The notes below the pieces were generated by a model. The model did not search any database. It saw only the letters and a list, made by a program, of their open reading frames with translations, and was not told the DNA's origin. Made by a program: the position numbers and the translations under genes. A DNA stretch of 44,493 nucleotides from Caecitellus pseudoparvulus (lineage: Eukaryota; Protista; Bigyra: Bicosoecida). Shown here one piece after another: positions 13,112 to 22,666 of the stretch. Within the stretch, counting starts at the first letter, position 1. The number at the start of each line of letters is the position of its first letter. The stretch lies in the NCBI GenBank assembly GCA_965644315.1, contig CBFFRQ010000161.1:1-44493 (forward strand), in the 5' to 3' direction.

Positions 13112-13652
13112 ATGCCGCATACTGTACTGGGATGGCCTGAGCGGTGCGTGGCCGTCATGCGCTCGTCCCCATGCCTGGCGTTGCAGCCGGTGCCTGGCAC
13201 TCCCACACCATCACCCGAGCCACTGCCGCCCCTTCACAGGAATGGAAGACCCGGCAACCTGATCATGAGGGGCAAGTCCCACCACGGTGCCAGCCAAAAT
13301 GGGGTGAGTGCGAGGGGCTGCTGCGCTGGTGCCTTGTGCAGGGAGCGGCTACGTCGTGACTGCTGGTGTCAAGGTACAGAGCCACGCGAGCCTCCTCCCC
13401 CCACCTGCGCAGGCCTTCCGGTACGCGATGCTGCAGAATAACTGGTGTACCACCCTGAATGACTTGGAGAGGCTCCCCACAGTGCTTGGCGGACTGAGAG
13501 GTGCGCGGCGGCAGAGGCGGGCGGCGGCAAAGGCGCGTGGCCTGAGGCGTGAGTGCTCCGAGGCGGGTGCCGTGGACGCAGGGCATGCATTGCAGTGCGC
13601 GACACCGCCTGGTGACAGTTTGATGGCCAGCGCGAGCTGCAAGGTGCCGTAG
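13112..13652 (+). CDS. Possible third small spliced gene (111 aa) or gene relic in the inner element
   Basis: Exons 13112-13143, 13240-13303 and 13413-13652 join in frame via strong GTGCGT..CACAG and GTGAGT..GCAG introns. An upstream intron-like segment (about 12964-13079) and an in-frame stop just before the ATG suggest it may be a relic. Confidence 0.35.
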
Positions 13653-13694
13653 ACCCCCCCCCCTGCCTGCAATGCACAGCCTGCTACCAGTTCG

Positions 13695-13849
13695 CCTGGG
13701 TACCCCCAAAGTGGGTGTTTGCACCACCCCCCCCCCAAAGTGGGTGTCTGGCCCACCCCCACAAAAAGGAGTTTGCCCCACCCCCCTATACCCCTTCGAG
13801 GGCAACCCCCCAAAGGCATGTCGCCCCCCCCCCGAAAATCTCACGACGG
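13695..13849. repeat. Right subterminal repeats and TIR of the inner element
   Basis: CCCCAAAGTGGGTGT occurs twice (about 13704 and 13733), with multiple C-runs, ending GAAAATCTCACGACGG. The left end (5615-5680) is similarly C/G-run rich. Confidence 0.75.
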
Positions 13850-13851
13850 CC

Positions 13852-14340
13852 GAGCCCCTCCTGCGAGACAGAACACTGCAGATCTTCACCAAAGTGAGGT
13901 TGCGTTTCCCATCAGGAAACACCAACATGATCTCCCTTCCAGCCTACCTCGACACCGTCGTGGAAACACCTTTCGAGGGACAGGACCGGCGAGCTTTGAG
14001 CCCAATATTGGCAGTCCTGTGCTTCGCCCCTGCACCGCCTACAGTGGCCACAGCCTCCGGAACACCAACACCGGATGCTGACAACGGCGAAGTGTACATA
14101 CTGTATACGGACCTGAGACCGACAGTCACAGATGTTTCTGGGTGGGTACGAGTCGCGAAACCGGATGCAGGCAGCCGCGTGGCGCTCATGAACTGCACAA
14201 GCATTCGTGGGGAGTCGGTGGTTGCATTGCGGCCGTCCTTACTTCAAGAAGAGGATGCCACATATTTGCACCACTGGCTTCAAGCCGGACTGGCGGGCAA
14301 GCAGCGCCAAACATCCCAGTCCAGGCGATGGAGACGATAA
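13852..14340 (+). pseudogene. Displaced C-terminal 162 aa of transposase 1
   Basis: VRLRFPSGNTN...VSGWVRV...YLHHWLQAGLAGKQR aligns with transposase 2 VRLRYPSGNTN...VQGWARV...YRFHWALQGPVGKQR. Confidence 0.9.
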
Positions 14341-15011
14341 GCCGGGCCACCTCGAAGTCTCAAGGCGGCGGACCAGTGTCCAACCCACGAACAATACCTT
14401 ACAGGTGGGGGTAGAACTTGTCGCAATGGTGTACAGAGTTGTAGGATGCAGTTGAAACAGCGCCATGGGTCACTTCCTGACAGGGTCACCCCACTCGAGA
14501 CCACCTCGAGACACTCAGAGCAGACCAGACTCGAGCCTCTGCGGGGGCACCATGAAGCGGGAGAGGCGAACACGGCTCATACTGCCCGAAAGAGCCTGGC
14601 ACCATCCAGGAGGTCATGAGAGTCCATGTGGAGCTTGCTCGCATGCCCTCCGTTGCGCGCAGCTCAAACCCTGTACATGGGCTGGCGCAACAGAGCGTGA
14701 GGGTCGCTTGGGCTGGTGATCCAGCGAACTTTGCAACTTCATATCTGGGCAACCACTGATATTCAGAGAAATCCACGCATATCAGGGAAATCACACGACA
14801 CTACTCTTCCGATTGGGACCTTAAAATTAGAAAATTATTTTTTTGGGCTGTGATCGCCTTCTTGCCAGGGCCCTTCCCAGAGGCCCAAATAGAAAACCTC
14901 ACGTGACAAAAAAATAGTCCAACACAGCTAATTACATGGAATACACCAACCCGAATACACTCTTAGTTTTTTCTGCAGGATATTCTGTGCTGAGATATCG
15001 TGAAGAGAAAA

Positions 15012-15083
15012 AGCGACATTCTACCGACATACGGTGTGTGTCGGTGTGTCGCCCGACATGCACCCCCCAAAGAAACATGACGG
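15012..15083. repeat. Right TIR and subterminal repeats of the outer element
   Basis: CGACAT/GTGTCG array that is the reverse complement of bases 1-44; terminal GACGG. Confidence 0.85.
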
Positions 15084-16860
15084 AAAGAGCCGGGAGGGGC
15101 TCGCATGGGGTGAAGCCATGGGACTGAATGATTCGCCTCAGCTGAAAGCACTCCGTGTGCTGGAGTGGGCTGCTGCAGAAGCCCGTGCAGGCACGTTTGC
15201 GCGCACACGGTGGCTTGCCCTGCTGGACGAGGGCATGCTGGTGCACATTCCCCGCCTGCAGCAGCAGCTGCGGTCACTGGCAGACGTGGAGAACAGCACA
15301 TTCATCGGGCACCGCGAGCCAGAGGGGCACTGCTCAGGGCAGCTGCCTGTCCTCGTGAGCATCAGCAGCCTGAAGGCAGTGTACTTGCCTGCCGTGCCGC
15401 CGCCCAGCCGAGGACTGGGCAGGGCCTGGGCAGAGCACCTGCAGGACTTGCTGTGGAGTCACACAGGCCACGAGGACGGGCGACGTCAGTGCAATGACGG
15501 CCTGGCGCCCAGCAGCGTGCAGGCGCTGGAGCGTGCGTTTCAGAGGCCCAGTGGTGAGGAAGGGGCGGCGCTCGCGGCAGATGCCCTGCTGGAAGTGACC
15601 AGTCCACTGCTGTCTGCATCTGCGGTGGGGCACCTCTCCAAGGTGGATGCGATGCGGCTGGCATCGCGCTGGTCGTTGTTCAGTGCCATTCAGAGTGTGG
15701 CTCCTCATGTGCTGCAGGGGGTGCAGCCGGAGTGGCTGACACCGTTGAAGGCGCCCGTGCAGCAGGCAGATGGGGAGGTGTGGCTGTCTGCCGTGGATGG
15801 GAACAACCTGCTACAAGAGCCAGTACCTGTCACTACGAAAGGCTTGCCAACAAGCGCATTCCTCGCCGGCGTGCGCAGCCATTTGAAGAAGCTATATCCC
15901 AACCTTTCGCTGAAGTCGGTCACCCTGCTCTGGTGTCGAGACTGCATCACAGCCACCGTCCTCGCATCGCTGCCCGCCCCCTACAGCAGTGTGCTGCAGC
16001 TCCAGCTGCCCTTGCCGTGGAGGCCAGACTTCATCGCCCTGCAGACAGCTCCATCATCGTCCGTCAGCTTCCACATTGCAGTGCCCTTCGCATGCAAGTA
16101 CGACACCTTGCGCAGCATGCTGTCCAGCACGGGTGCCGCCCTGGCCTCAGCGGGGGTGGTGGCCACTGTGCACGTTGGGTGGTCTGCGTGTCCGGGCCAG
16201 GAGCCAGGTGCCGAGTCAAGGCACCAGGTGGAGCTGCAGCGAGACTTCTCCACGCGGTTCATGCAGGTGCGGTTTGTGCCAGTGGCGACCCCCATGGCGC
16301 GGTCTGTGAACTGCAACGCAGCAGCTGCTGGTGCCGCTGCAGGTGCTGTGTTGGCAGTCATCGATGTGGACATGGAGGTGACAGCTGGGTTCTTCCTGCG
16401 GGCTCTGGCGCTGACACAGGAGGGGGCAACGGCCTACTTCCCAGTGGTGTGGTCGACATACAGCGCAGACGCAGTGTCAGCAGTCGAAGAATGGTTCGGA
16501 AAAGAGTTGCCCCCGTTCTCGCTGTACAGGGGAAGCTGGCGCAGCTACGGCTTCGGCATGTTCACCATGTACAAGTCCGACTTTGACCGGGTGGGGGGCT
16601 TGGACCCCGCATTCCAAGGCTGGGGCGGGGAGGACTACGCCTTCTACAAGAGTGTCAAGAAGGCCGGCATCGTCGTGCTCCGGTCAGAGGACAGAGGCAT
16701 GGTGCACCGGTGGCACCCCAAGAGCTGCGAGGGCGTGGCGCCTCAGCGGTATGCGAGCTGCATCGCATCGTGGGCGGGGCAGGAAGGGTCTCCGCTGGGC
16801 GTGCTGTTGAAGCATGCGGAGCACAAGCTGAAGCCTGAGGGTAGTGTTGGTGTGCATTGA
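15084..16860 (+). pseudogene. Transposon-interrupted copy 1 of the chondroitin-synthase/CHGN-like glycosyltransferase (3' part)
   Basis: Near-identical to 17684-19460 but lacks the first about 127 codons, including the signal anchor, which the transposon has displaced. Confidence 0.85.
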
Positions 16861-17303
16861 GGAGGGGGCGGGTGAGCTGGAGGGTGCCAGGCGTGTGGCT
16901 GTGCATCGCAGCGATACCCATGCATGCGAGCTGCTGCACATGGTCTGTTCCGGGTCTTGTGAGCAACAATCTGTTGATGGAGCTGGTGGGCGTAGTGCGT
17001 GCTGTCGATGTACCGACAAGATAGGTAGGACAACGGCACTCCACATCCACTGCAGCGCAGGTACTCTGATAGGTTTTTTCTCGCTGCTCACGTGGCCCGG
17101 AGGTTTGCCCGCATGGCCCGAGCGCTTCTCTACCCACACCACCAAGTGGCGGCTCGCCCCCCCCCGTCCCACAAGCACAGGCCTCAGGTGAAAACCCATA
17201 TGTGTACTACAATTCTCAGAGCCACGGTTATGGGCATGTTGGAGGCCAAGCCTTGCCTTCGTCCCTGGCGGGGATTCTGTGGCGGGCAAGTGAAACCTGA
17301 GCC

Positions 17304-19460
17304 ATGGGAGTATCCTGTAAGACTGCGAGCATTGCCGGCTGCTGGGCCGCGTGCCTTGCATGCAGCCTCCTCATGTTGTTTAGCAGCTATGTCCGTCTGT
17401 CTGTGCTGCCTTTGCCTTCGACGGACAGCACACGATCGCTGAGGGTGCAATTGAATGACTCGAGCGGAAATTGGATTCTCTGGCACAAAACAAGCAAGGA
17501 AACAGCCAGTCGGCAACAAGTGCGCATTGATCCTGGCCAGCAGCTTGTCACGCCTCTCTGGGCCGTGTCCGATGCTCGTGCAGCAGACCATGTCGGCAGC
17601 CAAGCCTTCAATGCCCTGCGGTCAGAGCTGCCCACATTCGTGCTGTGCCCAAAGGGCGTCGTGCAGAGCCTGGCACCGGCGACAAAGAGCCGGGAGGGGC
17701 TCGCATGGGGTGAAGCCATGGGACTGAATGATTCGCCTCAGCTGAAAGCACTCCGCGTGCTGGAGTGGGCTGCTGCAGAAGCCCGTGCAGGCACGTTTGC
17801 GCGCACACGGTGGCTTGCCCTGCTGGACGAGGGCATGCTGGTGCACATCCCCCGCCTGCAGCAGCAGCTGCGGTCACTGGCAGACGTGGAGAACAGCACA
17901 TTCATCGGGCACCGCGAGCCAGAGGGGCACTGCTCAGGGCAGCTGCCTGTCCTCGTGAGCATCAGCAGCCTGAAGGCAGTGTACCTGCCTGCCGTGCCGC
18001 CGCCCAGCCGAGGACTGGGCAGGGCCTGGGCAGAGCACCTGCAGGACTTGCTGTGGAGTCACACAGGCCACGAGGACGGGCGGCGTCAGTGCAATGACGG
18101 CCTGGCGCCCAGCAGCGTGCAGGCGCTGGAGCGTGCGTTTCAGAGGCCCAGTGGTGAGGAAGGGGCGGCGCTCGCGGCCGATGCCCTGCTGGAAGTGACC
18201 AGTCCACTGCTGTCTGCATCTGCGGTAGGGCACCTCTCCAAGGTGGATGCGATGCGGCTGGCGTCGCGCTGGTCGTTGTTCAGTGCCATTCAGAGTGTGG
18301 CTCCTCATGTGCTGCAGGGGGTGCAGCCGGAGTGGCTGACACCGTTGAAGGCGCCCGTGCAGCAGGCAGATGGGGAGATGTGGCTGTCTGCCGTGGACGG
18401 GAACAACCTGCTACAAGAGCCGTCATTCATCTCAACAAAAGGCCTGCCATCCAATGCGTTCCTCGCCGGCGTGCACAATCACCTGCGCAGCCGCTACCCA
18501 AAGCTCTCCCTGAAGTCGGTCACCCTGCTCTGGTGTCGAGACTGCATCACAGCCACCGTCCTCGCATCGCTGCCCGCCCCCTACAGCAGTGTGCTGCAGC
18601 TCCAGCTGCCCTTGCCGTGGAGGCCAGACTTCATCGCCCTGCAGACAGCTCCATCATCGTCCGTCAGCTTCCACATTGCAGTGCCCTTCGCATGCAAGTA
18701 CGACACCTTGCGCAGCATGCTGTCCAGCACGGGTGCCGCCCTGGCCTCAGCGGGGGTGGTGGCCACTGTGCACGTTGGGTGGTCTGCGTGTCCGGGCCAG
18801 GAGCCAGGTGCCGAGTCAAGGCACCAGGTGGAGCTGCAGCGAGACTTCTCCACGCGGTTCATGCAGGTGCGGTTTGTGCCAGTGGCGACCCCCATGGCGC
18901 GGTCTGTGAACTGCAACGCAGCAGCTGCTGGTGCCGCTGCAGGTGCTGTGTTGGCAGTCATCGATGTGGACATGGAGGTGACAGCTGGGTTCTTCCTGCG
19001 GGCTCTGGCGCTGACACAGGAGGGGGCAACGGCCTACTTCCCAGTGGTGTGGTCGACATACAGCGCAGACGCAGTGTCAGCAGTCGAAGAATGGTTCGGA
19101 AAAGAGTTGCCCCCGTTCTCGCTGTACAGGGGAAGCTGGCGCAGCTACGGCTTCGGCATGTTCACCATGTACAAGTCCGACTTTGACCGGGTGGGGGGCT
19201 TGGACCCCGCATTCCAAGGCTGGGGCGGGGAGGACTACGCCTTCTACAAGAGTGTCAAGAAGGCCGGCATCGTCGTGCTCCGGTCAGAGGACAGAGGCAT
19301 GGTGCACCGGTGGCACCCCAAGAGCTGCGAGGGCGTGGCGCCTCAGCGGTATGCGAGCTGCATCGCATCGTGGGCGGGGCAGGAAGGGTCTCCGCTGGGC
19401 GTGCTGTTGAAGCATGCGGAGCACAAGCTGAAGCCTGAGGGTAGTGTTGGTGTGCATTGA
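17304..19460 (+). CDS. Type II membrane glycosyltransferase, chondroitin GalNAc-transferase/synthase-like (CHGN, GT7 C-terminal domain), 718 aa
   Basis: N-terminal hydrophobic anchor; IDVDM (DxD), AYFPVVWSTY, WRSYGFGM, YKSDFDRVGG, FQGWGGED, HRWHPKSC. Confidence 0.85.
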   Translation: MGVSCKTASIAGCWAACLACSLLMLFSSYVRLSVLPLPSTDSTRSLRVQLNDSSGNWILWHKTSKETASRQQVRIDPGQQLVTPLWAVSDARAADHVGSQAFNALRSELPTFVLCPKGVVQSLAPATKSREGLAWGEAMGLNDSPQLKALRVLEWAAAEARAGTFARTRWLALLDEGMLVHIPRLQQQLRSLADVENSTFIGHREPEGHCSGQLPVLVSISSLKAVYLPAVPPPSRGLGRAWAEHLQDLLWSHTGHEDGRRQCNDGLAPSSVQALERAFQRPSGEEGAALAADALLEVTSPLLSASAVGHLSKVDAMRLASRWSLFSAIQSVAPHVLQGVQPEWLTPLKAPVQQADGEMWLSAVDGNNLLQEPSFISTKGLPSNAFLAGVHNHLRSRYPKLSLKSVTLLWCRDCITATVLASLPAPYSSVLQLQLPLPWRPDFIALQTAPSSSVSFHIAVPFACKYDTLRSMLSSTGAALASAGVVATVHVGWSACPGQEPGAESRHQVELQRDFSTRFMQVRFVPVATPMARSVNCNAAAAGAAAGAVLAVIDVDMEVTAGFFLRALALTQEGATAYFPVVWSTYSADAVSAVEEWFGKELPPFSLYRGSWRSYGFGMFTMYKSDFDRVGGLDPAFQGWGGEDYAFYKSVKKAGIVVLRSEDRGMVHRWHPKSCEGVAPQRYASCIASWAGQEGSPLGVLLKHAEHKLKPEGSVGVH

Positions 19461-19864
19461 GGAGGGGGCGGGTGAGCTGGAGGGTGCCAGGCGTGTGGCT
19501 GTGCATCGCAGCGATACCCATGCATGCGAGCTGCTGCACGTGGGCTTGGTGGCAGTATCATGGGCTCTGGAATCGTTACAACAGGACTGTTCCTTGCCGA
19601 GGGTCTCAGGAGCATCAAGCAGTCATGTACCAAACAGGAGTGAAGGTTTACCATCCTTATGCCGAACAGGTGTGCAGTGGGGGTGGGGATTGACCTCTTT
19701 GCGTACACAAGATTCAAAGCGACTGGGTCCTGCGCTTGTTCTCTCACGCATCCTGCCGGACTATGCATGAGAAGTTCTGCAATACACCTTGCTCTTGCCA
19801 GTGGTGTGCTGGGGCGGCCATCTTCAGTAATCCAATGCTCTTGCCTGACATGCATTGCTGCACC

Positions 19865-22366
19865 TCAAACACCTTGCCCGTCCCGCACTCGCGTCTGTGC
19901 CCAAAGTCCAGTCGATCGTCCAAGCTTCAAGGGGTGCACGAACACGTGCTTATTGGGTTTGAAGGAAGACATGACTGCCACAGGGTCCTGGCGCGCCCTG
20001 CCCCAGACCTCAAGGGAGTTTTGTCCAGTTGGCAGGTCGCTGCCCCGACACAGCGCCACGATTGGCACTGAGATCTCCAAGCTGACTTTGTGGGCGAGGA
20101 GATCAACAAACAATTGCACTGCCTCCGGGTCCAGGGGCGACGGCCAGAAGTGTGAGTCGCAGGCGCCTTTGGGGATGGCACCCTTCCGGGCGTGACACCT
20201 GTGCAAGGCTGCACGCACAGCGGGACTTGCCGCTGCGGCAGAGTTCAGAGCCGCCACTCCACTGGGATACGATGCCCAGCTCCAGGCCTTCCCTGCTTCA
20301 GTGACAGTCGTGACGTTCGTTTGAGGATCAAACGCGAAGTTTGACCAGCCTCCTTCATGACAAAAGAGCACGCCAGGCTTGTTCGCCAGCCGCTTCTGCA
20401 TCAACTGCACATTCACGGCAGAGTCATCGTGCAAGAACAAGAAACCTCGTGAGGGGGTCGCCTCATGAGTCATCGCATGTAGCAGTGTTGAGTACGACTG
20501 GTGGCCGCCGTCCACCTCGCCTGCAGTTCGCCACCCATCAGGCCACTTTACAGATCCAAGGGCACTCGGTACAGCCGCAGGCCGAATGCCCACTTCACAC
20601 ACCACACGGACCCCAGTCCCTCGAGGCAGGCCAGGGACTGTGCACTCCTGTGCACCTGGAGCGTAGAACACGACATCTGAGAACATGCCGTCCCACACCG
20701 AGAGCCAAGCCGGGATGACGTGCAAGTGCCCAAAGTTAATGTGCACCACAGCGGTCACCCCTTCGAGCAGGGGCTTTTCCCTTGCGACGCGTCCAATCGT
20801 ACTCGTAGGTGGGAATAGCGCAGGGGCTGGCCCGGTGATGCCTTGCACTGCTTGCACCCACTCCCCTGCCCACAGCACATCACGCTCTTCCAAGACGCCC
20901 CGCTCGTACAGAAAGACATAAAGGTCCAGGGCGGCGTTGGCCACGTTGCTCGGTGCTCTGGGCTTCCACTCCTGCAGTAAGCGCCCCAGCACACCAGCCT
21001 GTGCATACAGAGGCTGTTCAGCGTCCAGGTCGGCAAGGTAGTTGTGGGGGTTGCGGTGGTGCACCACTGCGCCAGACGTCACCGCCACCGCCAGCCCTGC
21101 AACCTCTGCGATGCGGTTGGCAATGAGGGCCCGCCAAATGTCCGCCACACGACCATGGACTGTCATGGGTAGCATGGCGAACAGCACCACATCGCGGCTG
21201 AGCAAAGTGGCCTGGGCGTTGTGGGAGACTGTTGTTCCGGGGCCCAGAACGCCCAGGACGCCTAACTTGTGCTCGAAGTCCACAGGCGCGGGGCCAGTCA
21301 AGCGCTGCACCGCGTCAAGATCTGGGTTCCCTTGTGCCAGGCTGCTGAGGATGCCAAGACAGGAGCACTTGGCTCCCACAGGAATGCAGCCCGCCGACTC
21401 GGCGCCCTGACGGAAACAAGGTTCCGGAACTGTCACGCGGGGCAAGAATGTGCCTGCATCCTGGACTTGCTCCAGGGGCGTACCACGGGGCCAGATGAAC
21501 GAAGTTGCGCCCATCAATGGCAGGTGGTTCACCCAGGGTGTGGTAGCCTCTCCTCCAGGTGAAAGCTGCACGGCTTTGCCCGCCCAGGAGCGCAGATCTG
21601 TCGAATTTAGTAGCCCATGACTGCCATCCAGAAGCACGTTGTCGTCATCAAAGTCCCAGATGAAGCAGGCGCCCGCCTGCAAAGCTGCCAAGTACCCGTA
21701 GTTCTTGCGCCCAAAGTGGTTCCACGGTGGCTCAAAGCGCCCAAACACGTTTTCACTCTGGTGCTGCACAGTGAGGTAGTGCACGTTTGACGGGACACCA
21801 GTCCAAGATACTGGGCCCTTCCTATCCGCCACCACGAATATGTCCACATCAGGGCGAGCGGCAGCCAGGCTTGCCACCGCCTCCGTGGCTTCCTTCGCAA
21901 TGGTTGTGACCACCGCAGCGAAAGGGCGAGAAGTCGAACACTTCGGTCGCGAAGGCACTCCTTGATCCGATTTTCTTGCCCAGTCAAGCAAGGCAGAAGC
22001 AGTGCTCGAAATCTCTCGGAAGGGCTTGCCACTGAAAGTGGCGCCGGAAGTAGCGGTGCCAGCCAGGGCATGGTTTACGTGGACACTACCTCCAGCACCC
22101 TTGAAAAAGTGGCTGGCAGACGAGGATCCAGCAAAACTTTGGTCTGATAGGGTTGTACCAGCGATGCCGAGCACAACCAGCAGGCAGAGCATGGCTGCCA
22201 CAAAGGCTGACTTCCAACTTGGCGTTTCGCATCGCCAGGTGTGAACGCAGCGTTGAGTTCCTCGCTGCGTGATGGACGTGGCAGCAGAGACATGAGGGGA
22301 ACGAGCTGATGCCGGTTTGCCTAAAAGACTCTCTTCTTCGTCTTCGATGTGCTCTCCTCTCTCCAT
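19865..22366 (-). CDS. STELLO-like (DUF288) glycosyltransferase, type II membrane protein
   Basis: TM anchor; VVTTI, VVADRKGP, PWNHFGRKNYGYL, IWDFDDDN, WPRG, NPDLDA, TVHGRVADIWR, RNPHNYLADLDAE. First ATG at 22366. Confidence 0.88.
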   Translation of the reverse strand: MERGEHIEDEEESLLGKPASARSPHVSAATSITQRGTQRCVHTWRCETPSWKSAFVAAMLCLLVVLGIAGTTLSDQSFAGSSSASHFFKGAGGSVHVNHALAGTATSGATFSGKPFREISSTASALLDWARKSDQGVPSRPKCSTSRPFAAVVTTIAKEATEAVASLAAARPDVDIFVVADRKGPVSWTGVPSNVHYLTVQHQSENVFGRFEPPWNHFGRKNYGYLAALQAGACFIWDFDDDNVLLDGSHGLLNSTDLRSWAGKAVQLSPGGEATTPWVNHLPLMGATSFIWPRGTPLEQVQDAGTFLPRVTVPEPCFRQGAESAGCIPVGAKCSCLGILSSLAQGNPDLDAVQRLTGPAPVDFEHKLGVLGVLGPGTTVSHNAQATLLSRDVVLFAMLPMTVHGRVADIWRALIANRIAEVAGLAVAVTSGAVVHHRNPHNYLADLDAEQPLYAQAGVLGRLLQEWKPRAPSNVANAALDLYVFLYERGVLEERDVLWAGEWVQAVQGITGPAPALFPPTSTIGRVAREKPLLEGVTAVVHINFGHLHVIPAWLSVWDGMFSDVVFYAPGAQECTVPGLPRGTGVRVVCEVGIRPAAVPSALGSVKWPDGWRTAGEVDGGHQSYSTLLHAMTHEATPSRGFLFLHDDSAVNVQLMQKRLANKPGVLFCHEGGWSNFAFDPQTNVTTVTEAGKAWSWASYPSGVAALNSAAAASPAVRAALHRCHARKGAIPKGACDSHFWPSPLDPEAVQLFVDLLAHKVSLEISVPIVALCRGSDLPTGQNSLEVWGRARQDPVAVMSSFKPNKHVFVHPLKLGRSTGLWAQTRVRDGQGV

Positions 22367-22666
22367 CTCGTTTGCAGTGCGCGCTTTTGGAAAGGCAGCA
22401 GCGTCTGCTGAACTTATTGGCGGCAATCCCGATGGTGTAGCTCTCCGGCCTCCTCAACCGCCAATCCTCGCAGAAACCAAGCCCGCACGGCCTGATAGCT
22501 TGCAGCTGCAAGGTCAACAAGGCTGATATGCCGATGTGTTTTGTGCCCCTCAGCCTCGTGCAAGTGGCTAGCATCGCTCTGGCACAATAGATGGACACTC
22601 ACAAAAATCAGGCGACGCTGGTCGAGTCCCGCTGCGGCGCTTGCTTGAGCCCTACACCCTCACGCC

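Larger units (their letters stand above)
5599..13849 (-). mobile_element. Inner nested Plavaka-like TIR DNA transposon, 8251 bp, 2-bp TSD (CC)
   Basis: Left end CAGTCAAGAGATTTTC versus right-end reverse complement CCGTCGTGAGATTTTC (13/16). CC at 5597-5598 and 13850-13851. Removing the element plus one CC gives GTT GGG CCC GAG CCC CTC (V-G-P-E-P-L), in frame with ORF 13672-14340. Confidence 0.92.
1..15083 (+). mobile_element. Outer Plavaka-like (CMC/EnSpm-type) TIR DNA transposon, about 6.8 kb without the nested element; left terminus about 5 nt outside the window
   Basis: Bases 1-9 (ATGTTTCTT) and 21-44 are the reverse complement of 15070-15078 and 15036-15059 (22/24 identical). The right end reads ...AGAAACATGACGG (15083). 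Base 15084 onward matches the intact glycosyltransferase copy from 17684, so host sequence resumes there. Encodes a Plavaka-type transposase. Confidence 0.88.
15084..19539 (+). repeat. Tandem gene duplication with 2600-bp offset (15084-16939 versus 17684-19539)
   Basis: Direct comparison shows about 9 scattered SNPs in the 5' part, a divergent 88-bp patch, then an apparently identical 1 kb. Confidence 0.95.

Noticed and set aside
1-15083. Endogenous virophage, Polinton or other viral element
   Set aside because: No capsid, packaging ATPase, pPolB or integrase motifs recognised. The region resolves into two TIR transposons.
15084-19539. LTR pair, or pure assembly duplication
   Set aside because: The repeats are protein-coding GT genes with no retroelement between them, and they differ by SNPs and a divergent patch.
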